Positions 30,995 to 38,490 of a stretch of DNA of 64,000 nucleotides are shown here, piece after piece. A program made the translations under genes and the position numbers. This stretch comes from an uncultured Bacteroidia bacterium (GTDB taxonomy: Bacteria; Bacteroidota; Bacteroidia; Bacteroidales; UBA932), in the NCBI GenBank assembly GCA_902796555.1, contig CADBPR010000030.1:20-64019 (forward strand), in the 5' to 3' direction. The notes beneath the pieces are model-generated. The model made no database searches. It saw nothing but the letters and a program-made list of their open reading frames with translations, and was not told the origin of the DNA. Positions within the stretch are counted from its first letter, which is position 1; each line of letters begins with the position of its first letter.

Positions 30995-32217
30995 AATCAT
31001 TCCTCCTCTTCCTATTGACGGCTTTGCTGATGGCCGGATGCGGAAAGGCCCGGCCCAAAGAGATTCCCCAGTGGAACATGAACGAGCCTTCTGCCGAACC
31101 CGAACCGTCCGAAAGCCCGTCGGCCGACGCTTCTGCCGACCCTTCCCAGGATGCGCCGAACGGACGGACCGAGATTCCCGACTATACCGACATGGTTCTG
31201 ATGTATGGTTACAGCCACCACCGGAAGCCCTATGAATGGACCCGCGACATCATGAAAGACTATGTCCTGTACCAGGACCCGGACGGCCAATGGCACTGGC
31301 TTTTCGACGCTTTCCTCTGCCTGGAATTCATGTCGGTGGACGGGCCGAACGGCAATAAGACCTTCGTCTCCGGCTACAAGCACAACGGCAGCTACCTCGA
31401 ATCGGCCGCCAAGGACGACTGGGAAGGCCTGCTGGATTATTACTGCCAGGCCAATACCGGCATCGGCGCCATCGACGCCGCCGTCGCACAAGGGGCCAAG
31501 TCCCTGGGCGAACCGGAGCGCAAACGGCAGATTATCATCTGTATACCGGAACCGATTCCCTATCGATTCAACAACTACGGACAGGACCAGACCGGCGGCA
31601 CCACCTATTGGGGCGCCCTGGACGGGGAGCAACTGGACTTTTCCAAAACCGCCGACCGGCTGAAGGCGCTCAAATGGTACGTCGATACGGCCATCCGGAA
31701 ATTCGAGAAGCGGAAGTATGCCCATGTCGAACTGGGCGGTTTCTATATCACGGCGGAACGGGCCACCTTCATAACCGATATCCTCAAGCAGCTGGGCGAC
31801 TATGTCACCGGGATGAAGTATTCTTTCAACTGGATTCCCTACTTCAAGGCGGACGGGTTCCACACCTGGAAAAGTTTCGGTTTCTCCCACGCCTTCATGC
31901 AGCCCAACTATTTCTTCTCCGAGGATATCGGAAAAGACAGATTGGTGGACGCCTGCCAGACTGTACTCAAATACGGGATGGGCATGGAAATCGAATTCGA
32001 CGGAAAGGCCATGCAGTCCACCGGCTGGGGATACCGCCTGCGGGATTATATGAAATATGCACAGGACTACGGTGTCTGGGAGCAGTGCCGGCTGGCCTAT
32101 TACCAGGGCAGCTGGGCCGTCCGCTGGCTGAAAGATTCCGCCGTAGCCGAAGACCGCCAGCTCTATGACGATTTCTGCCAATTCGTCATCAGCCGGCCCA
32201 TCCGAGATACCCATTGA
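30991..32217 (+). CDS. DUF4855 family lipoprotein (GH-like barrel)
   Basis: Lipobox MAGC; DMVLMYG, WLFDAFL, LGGFY, WIPYF.A.G...WK.FGF..A.MQPNYFF, GMEIEFD. Confidence 0.85.
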   Translation: MKSFLLFLLTALLMAGCGKARPKEIPQWNMNEPSAEPEPSESPSADASADPSQDAPNGRTEIPDYTDMVLMYGYSHHRKPYEWTRDIMKDYVLYQDPDGQWHWLFDAFLCLEFMSVDGPNGNKTFVSGYKHNGSYLESAAKDDWEGLLDYYCQANTGIGAIDAAVAQGAKSLGEPERKRQIIICIPEPIPYRFNNYGQDQTGGTTYWGALDGEQLDFSKTADRLKALKWYVDTAIRKFEKRKYAHVELGGFYITAERATFITDILKQLGDYVTGMKYSFNWIPYFKADGFHTWKSFGFSHAFMQPNYFFSEDIGKDRLVDACQTVLKYGMGMEIEFDGKAMQSTGWGYRLRDYMKYAQDYGVWEQCRLAYYQGSWAVRWLKDSAVAEDRQLYDDFCQFVISRPIRDTH

Positions 32218-32222
32218 CGCTT

Positions 32223-33221
32223 ATGAAAAAATTCGCTCTCACAGCCTTGTCGCTGATTCTCTGCCTGAGCGCCGCCGCCCAAAACGTCCGGCGCATCGGC
32301 ATCATCGGCCTGGATACGTCCCATTCCACGGCCTTCACCGAACTCCTGAACGGAGACGGGGATGACCCTTTTGTCCGGTCTTTTGAAGTCGTGGCCGCCT
32401 ATCCGTACGGTTCCCGCACGATTCCTTCCAGCTACAACCGGATCGCCGGATACACGGAAGAGGTCAAAAAGCACGGCGTCGTCATCTGCGACTCCATCGA
32501 CCAGCTGCTGGAAATGGTTGATTTCGTGATGATTGAGACCAATGACGGACGGCTCCATCTGGAACAGGCCGAAGCGGTATTCCGCAGCGGAAAGGTCTGC
32601 TACATCGACAAGCCCGTCGGCGCCACCCTGGGGGAAGCGCTGGCCATCTATCAGCGGGCGGACCATTACGGAATTCCGATTTTTTCCTCCTCGGCCCTGC
32701 GCTTTTCCCCGGACAATGTCAAACTGCGTGAAGGCGCTTTCGGTCCCGTTCTCGGTGCCGACTGCTATTCACCGCACAAGACGGAACCGACCCATCCCGA
32801 CTTCGGATTCTACGGGATTCACGGCGTTGAAACGCTCTATACCCTGATGGGGACCGGCTGCGTGACCGTATCCCGCCTCGGAACCGCGATGGGTGACGTC
32901 GTCACCGGAACCTGGGCAGACGGCCGGATCGGGACCTTCCGGGCCATCGTAGAAGGGCCGGCCATCTATGGCGGTACGGCTTATACGGCCCAAGGGGCTG
33001 TTCCCGCCGGAGGCTATGCCGGATACAAGGTCCTGCTCGACCAGATTCTCACCTTCTTCGAAACCGGCGTGCCGCCCGTCAGCCGGGAGGAAACCCTGGA
33101 AATCTATGCCTTCATGAAGGCCTCCAACATGAGCAAAGCCCAAGGACGGCCGGTGACGATTGCCGAGGCTATGAAGGCCGGGAAGAAAGAAGCGGCCAAA
33201 CTGCTGAAAGCCTACCGATGA
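32223..33221 (+). CDS. Gfo/Idh/MocA oxidoreductase with Sec signal peptide
   Basis: MKKF..AAA signal; IGIIGLDTSH, YIDKP, SSSALRF, YGIHGVE. Confidence 0.85.
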   Translation: MKKFALTALSLILCLSAAAQNVRRIGIIGLDTSHSTAFTELLNGDGDDPFVRSFEVVAAYPYGSRTIPSSYNRIAGYTEEVKKHGVVICDSIDQLLEMVDFVMIETNDGRLHLEQAEAVFRSGKVCYIDKPVGATLGEALAIYQRADHYGIPIFSSSALRFSPDNVKLREGAFGPVLGADCYSPHKTEPTHPDFGFYGIHGVETLYTLMGTGCVTVSRLGTAMGDVVTGTWADGRIGTFRAIVEGPAIYGGTAYTAQGAVPAGGYAGYKVLLDQILTFFETGVPPVSREETLEIYAFMKASNMSKAQGRPVTIAEAMKAGKKEAAKLLKAYR

Positions 33222-34363
33222 ACGCGCGACTGACCCTTCTGCTGATGGCCATGACGGCTTTTGCCTGCACCCCCGCGCCCATTCGGCTCAGCGTACTGGA
33301 GCCGGGGCATTTCCATGCTTCGCTGGTCCAGAAATACGCCCTGGAAGGCGTGGATTCCACCGTCCGTGTCTATGCGGAAGACGGACCGGAGTTGCAGCAG
33401 TATCTGACGGCCATCGATGCCTTCAACCACCGGCAGGAGCAGCCGACCCATTGGCGGGAAGAGGTCCATATCGGTGATGCTGCGGCCCTGCTTCCCCCGG
33501 CCAAGGGACGGGAAGCCGTCATCCTGGCCGGAAACAACCGCCACAAGACCCGCCTGCTGCACCGGGCGGTATCGCAGGGATATAACGTACTGGCAGACAA
33601 ACCTTTGGCAATAACGCCCGAAGACTTGGACCTGCTGGAAGACGCCTACCGGACCGCTACGGAAAAAGGGCTGGTCATTCAGGAACTGATGACCGAGCGG
33701 ACCGTCGCCGGCAACCGGGCCCTGCAGGACTGGTATACAGCGCATCCCATCCCCTGCGGCAGCCCGGAGGAACCGGCCGTGCAAATGCGCAGCGTCCATC
33801 ATTTTTTCAAGCAGGTGGACGGAAATCCCCTGACCCGGCCGGTCTGGTATTATGACATCCGTTGCCAGGGCGAGGGCATCGCCGATGTCACCACCCATTA
33901 TATCGACATGATTTTCACCCAATGTTTTCCCGGGGAGACCCTGCAGGCGTCGGACATCCTTGTGGTGGAGGCCCGCCACTGGCCGACCCGCATTACGCGG
34001 GAGCAGTTCCGGCAGTCCACGGGAGCGGAAGATTTCCCGGCCGACCTGGTCCCCTACCTCCGGGACGGCGTTCTGGAAGTCATGGCCAACGGCAGCATGC
34101 TGCTCTGCATCAAGGGCGTTTATGCCCGGATTGAAGTAATCTGGGACTATGAAGGGACAGATTCCTTCACGGCGGATTATGCCGGTTTTTCCGGCAGCTT
34201 GCCGGCTGATACGCTCAGCCACGAAGACCATTTCCGGCTGGTGATGGAAGATTTTTTGGAATATGTAGAAGGGGCCCGGACCCAGCCTGCCCGCGAGCGG
34301 GTCAATACCCTGACCAAATACCGTATCATCGGCGAGGCCGTCCGACAAGCAGGTGGAGCGTGA
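33218..34363 (+). CDS. Gfo/Idh/MocA-related oxidoreductase lipoprotein (Oxidoreduct_C-type)
   Basis: Lipobox AFAC; PGHFHASLVQK, LAGNN..K, VLADKPLAI, MTER, SVHHFFK, QGEGIADVTTH. Confidence 0.75.
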   Translation: MNARLTLLLMAMTAFACTPAPIRLSVLEPGHFHASLVQKYALEGVDSTVRVYAEDGPELQQYLTAIDAFNHRQEQPTHWREEVHIGDAAALLPPAKGREAVILAGNNRHKTRLLHRAVSQGYNVLADKPLAITPEDLDLLEDAYRTATEKGLVIQELMTERTVAGNRALQDWYTAHPIPCGSPEEPAVQMRSVHHFFKQVDGNPLTRPVWYYDIRCQGEGIADVTTHYIDMIFTQCFPGETLQASDILVVEARHWPTRITREQFRQSTGAEDFPADLVPYLRDGVLEVMANGSMLLCIKGVYARIEVIWDYEGTDSFTADYAGFSGSLPADTLSHEDHFRLVMEDFLEYVEGARTQPARERVNTLTKYRIIGEAVRQAGGA

Positions 34364-35141
34364 ATCGACATATCTGACTGAGCAACAGGTCTTTCATGGC
34401 TGGATACCGCGCGTCATGGGGACCCGTTTCGACCTGCTGGTCTGTGCGGTGGGCGCACGAGCGGCGCAGGTGTTGTGGAGCAATATTTGCAACACCCTGG
34501 AACAGATGGACCGGATGTTGGACCGCTTCAACCCGGTCAGCGAAGTGGCGCGGCTCAATACGGGACGCATCCGCAGCCTGAGTGCTGAACTGCAGGAAGT
34601 GCTGGATATCTGCGCCGGCTATTGGCTGCGCACCGGCGGGCTGTTCGACATCACCCGCAAGGACTTCACCCGGCTGCACTGGCAGGTCGGGACGTTGGAT
34701 ACCGGCGGTGTGGACATGGACTTCGGCGGAATCGCCAAAGGGCTGGCGCTCAGGCAGATACAAGACATGCTGGAACGATGGGGCATCACCTCGGCCTTCG
34801 TGGATTTCGGAGGCAGTTCCATTCTGGCGGTGGGCCGGCACCCCTACGGTCCCTGCTGGAAGGTAAGCCTGCAGAACCCCTATACCGGGGAAAACCTGGC
34901 CGAAGTGCCGCTCCTGGACTGTTCCCTGTCCACATCGGGCAACCGGCCGGAATACAGTGGCCATATCATCCGGCCGGCGGATGGACAGCCATGTGAAGAA
35001 CGGCGGCTGGTGACCGTTACGGCGCCGGACCCGCTGGATGCGGAAGTCCTCAGCACCGCCCTTATGCTGGCGACGCCCCGGCAGCGGACCGCATTGAAAG
35101 AACAGTTTCCGCGCGCGGAAACACAGATATATGACGTATGA
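34353..35141 (+). CDS. apbE: ApbE-family FAD:protein FMN transferase (short, no signal peptide)
   Basis: MGT, SEVARLN, T.G.FDIT, DFGGIAKG, DFGGSS, STSG, HII.P..G, AEVLSTA. Confidence 0.85.
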   Translation: MERESTYLTEQQVFHGWIPRVMGTRFDLLVCAVGARAAQVLWSNICNTLEQMDRMLDRFNPVSEVARLNTGRIRSLSAELQEVLDICAGYWLRTGGLFDITRKDFTRLHWQVGTLDTGGVDMDFGGIAKGLALRQIQDMLERWGITSAFVDFGGSSILAVGRHPYGPCWKVSLQNPYTGENLAEVPLLDCSLSTSGNRPEYSGHIIRPADGQPCEERRLVTVTAPDPLDAEVLSTALMLATPRQRTALKEQFPRAETQIYDV

Positions 35142-36448
35142 GTAAGGAAGTTGACCTCGGACTGCGCCGGTTCCTGAAGAACCTGGGGCTGATGACCGGC
35201 GGTGCCGCCATTCTGACGACGGCCCCCTGGCTCCAGTCCTGTTCCCGCACGGCTGAGGAAAAAGAAAAGGAAACGGCCCGGCTGGCCCTGATTGGCTGCG
35301 GTTCGCGCGGACAGTACCACTTGGTGATGCTGCGCGGGATTTCCTGCGCCCGGGTCGTCGCGCTATGCGACGACTGGCAGCCCAACTTGGATGCCGCCCA
35401 TGCCATGGTGCCGACGGCCCGTACCTATACCGATTACCGGAAACTCCTGGAGGACCCGGACATCGACGGCGTCATCATCGCGACGCCCCTGGGGTTGCAT
35501 GCCCGTATGACCCTGGACGCCATGGCTGCCGGCAAGCATGTTTTCTGCGAGAAGGCCATGGCCTTGACCCTGGAAGAATGCAAGCAGGTCTATGAGGCGT
35601 ATCGCCGGGGGGACCGGGTCCTGTTTTACTGTATGCAGCGCATGTATGACGAGAAATACATCCAGGGTATCCGGCTCATTCGGGAAGGGCTCATCGGCGA
35701 TGTGGTCGGCATGCGCTGCCACTGGTTCCGGAACGCTGACTGGCGCCGGGAAGTGCCCTCCCCCGAACTGGAGCGACGGATCAACTGGCGTCTGTACAAG
35801 GAGTTCTCGGCCGGACTGATGACCGAGCTGGCCTGCCACCAGTTGGAAGTATGCAATTGGGCGGCGGACCGCATTCCTACCGAAATCATCGGCCTGGGAG
35901 ATATCGTCTATTGGAAGGACGGGCGGGAAGTCTACGACAGCGTCAATGTGACCTATCGCTATGCAGACGGGCGGAAAATCTGCTATGAATCGCTGATTTC
36001 CAACAAGTTCAACGGGATGGAAGACCAGATTCTCGGCAAGGACGGCACGATGGACCTCACCCGGGGCGTCTTCTATCTGGAGGAGGACCATCTGAATTCA
36101 GGCATGAAACAGTTGCTCGAACAAATCAAAACGAAGACGTTCGCCGCGATTCCGGCGGCCGGGCCTTCCTGGCGGCCGGAGTTGCGCTCCGCCTATACCC
36201 CGCATCCCATTCTGGAAGGCGCCGTCAGCGTCAATGCCGGCCAAAGCATGGTCGCGGCGGACAACGACGGCTCCGATATCATCCTGGAGGCTTTCTGCCG
36301 GTCCTGTCTCAACGGACAACGGGCGGAAAACGTCGTGGAGGAAGCCTACAGCGCCACCGTGCTCTGCCTGCTGGGCAACTTGGCCATGGAGGAGCAGCGG
36401 CTCATCACCTTCCCGGAGGAATACAAAATCCCATACATGAAATTCTGA
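35138..36448 (+). CDS. Tat-exported (lipo)protein Gfo/Idh/MocA oxidoreductase
   Basis: LRRFLK twin-arginine motif plus LQSC lipobox; IGCGSRG Rossmann motif, IATP..H, HVFCEKAMA, NWRLY..FSAGLMTELACHQ. Confidence 0.9.
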   Translation: MSKEVDLGLRRFLKNLGLMTGGAAILTTAPWLQSCSRTAEEKEKETARLALIGCGSRGQYHLVMLRGISCARVVALCDDWQPNLDAAHAMVPTARTYTDYRKLLEDPDIDGVIIATPLGLHARMTLDAMAAGKHVFCEKAMALTLEECKQVYEAYRRGDRVLFYCMQRMYDEKYIQGIRLIREGLIGDVVGMRCHWFRNADWRREVPSPELERRINWRLYKEFSAGLMTELACHQLEVCNWAADRIPTEIIGLGDIVYWKDGREVYDSVNVTYRYADGRKICYESLISNKFNGMEDQILGKDGTMDLTRGVFYLEEDHLNSGMKQLLEQIKTKTFAAIPAAGPSWRPELRSAYTPHPILEGAVSVNAGQSMVAADNDGSDIILEAFCRSCLNGQRAENVVEEAYSATVLCLLGNLAMEEQRLITFPEEYKIPYMKF

Positions 36449-36452
36449 TGCC

Positions 36453-36701
36453 ATGAAAGACCTTGTCATCCCCGCCAAAACCCTCCGACGGGAGTTGTGG
36501 ATACTCCTGGGCTGCCTGGGGGCCGCCATCCTGGTCAATGTCGGCGCCATCATCGCCTATGACAGGCCCTGGAAAGAATTGTTCACCCAAATCGGCTATA
36601 CCCTGACCGTAACCATATTGTTATATCTGGTCCTGCTCCTGGGAAGAGGACTTGTAGCAGGACTCATCCATATCATCCGAAAAATAAATCGACATGACTA
36701 G
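36453..36701 (+). CDS. Small two-TM membrane protein
   Basis: 82 aa, two hydrophobic helices around AYDRPWKELFTQ; tightly packed between two oxidoreductase genes. Confidence 0.75.
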   Translation: MKDLVIPAKTLRRELWILLGCLGAAILVNVGAIIAYDRPWKELFTQIGYTLTVTILLYLVLLLGRGLVAGLIHIIRKINRHD

Positions 36702-38031
36702 CAGACGTAACTTCCTGAAGACCGCCCTCGCCGGCGGAGCCGCACTGACCCTGGACGGCATGATGCCCCGGAGCGCCGCGGCCGCAATGCAACCCTCCCC
36801 GGCCCCCAGCGACCGCATCCGCGTCGGCGTCATCGGGGTCAATTCTCGCGGATTCGCCCTGGCGACCGGTTTTGCCAAAATGCCCGGATGCCGGGTAACG
36901 GCCTTGTGTGACTGCGACCTGCAGGCCCTGGAGCGGGCCCGCGTCCAGGTACGGAGCCTGACAGGGAAGAATCCCGACACTTTCCAGGATATACGGGAAT
37001 TCCTGGAATACAAAGAGATGGACGCAGTGGTCATCGCCATGCCCGATCATTGGCACGCCAAGGCCGCCATCATGGCGATGGAAGCCGGCAAACATGTCTA
37101 CCTGGAAAAACCGACCAGTTACTGTCCCGCTGAAAACGAGGCGTTGATGGCAGCCGCCCGCCGCACGGGCAAGGTCATTACCGCCGGCAACCAGCGCCGT
37201 TCCTGGCCGAATATTATCGCCGCCATCCAGGAGATCCGGGAAGGCAGCATCGGACGGGTCCGCTATGCCAAGACCTGGTACAGCGCCAACCGGCCGTCCA
37301 TCGGCCGCGGCAAGCCCGCGCCGGTGCCGGCCCACCTGGACTGGGACCTGTGGCAGGGACCGGCTCCGCGTACGGAATTCCATGACAACTATATCCATTA
37401 CAACTGGCATTGGTTCTACCGCTGGGGAACCGGAGAAGCCCTCAACAACGGGACCCATTTCGTCGATATCCTGCGCTGGGGACTGGACGTGGAATACCCG
37501 ACCCTCGTAACCTCCGTGGGCGGACGTTTCCGCTACGATGACGACTGGGAATTCCCTGACACGCAGATGATTACCTTCCAGTTCGGAGACAAGGCCTCCG
37601 GCTGGTGGGAGGGCCGCAGCTGTAACAGTACTCCCAGTGACGGGGCCGGACTGGGCGTCGCTTTCTACGGAGAGAACGGTGCGCTGTTCCTCAACGGCGG
37701 GGACGAGTACAAGATCGTCGACATGAAGGGCGGCGTCATCAAAGAGGTCAAGAGCGAATACCCTTTCGAGCCGGCCAATGTCATCAACCCGTGTGAGAAG
37801 CTGGACACCTTCCATTTCCGGAACTGGTTCGATGCCATCCGAACGGGGGCCCGGCTGAATTCCGACATCCGGAATGCCTGTATCAGCACCCAGCTGGTCC
37901 AGCTCGGCAATATTGCCCAGCGGGTCGGCCGGTCGCTGCGGATCAATCCCGAGAACGGACACATTCTGGACGACGCCGAGGCGATGCGTTATTACAGTCG
38001 CCACTACGAGCCCGGCTGGGAGGTTGAATAA
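36694..38031 (+). CDS. Tat-exported Gfo/Idh/MocA oxidoreductase
   Basis: MTSRRNFLK Tat motif; GVIGVNSRG, PDHWH, HVYLEKP, GNQRRS, LDWDLWQGPAP, HYNWHW, NNGTHFVD. Confidence 0.92.
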   Translation: MTSRRNFLKTALAGGAALTLDGMMPRSAAAAMQPSPAPSDRIRVGVIGVNSRGFALATGFAKMPGCRVTALCDCDLQALERARVQVRSLTGKNPDTFQDIREFLEYKEMDAVVIAMPDHWHAKAAIMAMEAGKHVYLEKPTSYCPAENEALMAAARRTGKVITAGNQRRSWPNIIAAIQEIREGSIGRVRYAKTWYSANRPSIGRGKPAPVPAHLDWDLWQGPAPRTEFHDNYIHYNWHWFYRWGTGEALNNGTHFVDILRWGLDVEYPTLVTSVGGRFRYDDDWEFPDTQMITFQFGDKASGWWEGRSCNSTPSDGAGLGVAFYGENGALFLNGGDEYKIVDMKGGVIKEVKSEYPFEPANVINPCEKLDTFHFRNWFDAIRTGARLNSDIRNACISTQLVQLGNIAQRVGRSLRINPENGHILDDAEAMRYYSRHYEPGWEVE

Positions 38032-38322
38032 CGGCCGTGCCTGTCCCTCTCATGATGTCGAGGGTGGCACAGGCGGCCGTAGACAAGCACCTGCATCCCT
38101 TTCGCTGCCGTCGCGCAAAGCGCGACCCCTCCCACCATATATACGGGGGAATAGGATTCCCCCGAACCCCCTGCGGCCGTTATTCCCTCCACGACTTGCC
38201 TCGTTGACGCGGAACCAGCGGCAAGTCACGGGTACGGCCGGCCGGCTGATGCCGGCATGTGGGCCCCTCCCTCTCATGATGCCGAGGGTGGCACAGGCGC
38301 TGAAAGGGATGCAGGTGCTTGT
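38031..38322. repeat. Structured intergenic element (REP/MITE-like): 21-bp perfect inverted repeats, 32-bp direct repeats and internal hairpins
   Basis: ACAAGCACCTGCATCCCTTTC 38083-38103 is the reverse complement of 38302-38322; TCCCTCTCATGATGYCGAGGGTGGCACAGGCG at 38044-38075 and 38268-38299; hairpins at 38110-38126, 38144-38164 and 38193-38227. Confidence 0.8.
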
Positions 38323-38490
38323 TAAATTGAGACGCGCCGTGCCAAAGCCCTCCGAAAAGGTAAAAGATTGTATATTTTTCGTTAAGAATCGTATTTTTCT
38401 GCTGGTAAAGAATTGTAATGCAGAAAGATACGATTCTTTCTTTTTGTTCCGGAAAAAGCCCTTACCTTGGCCGGCGTAAAAACATACGCC

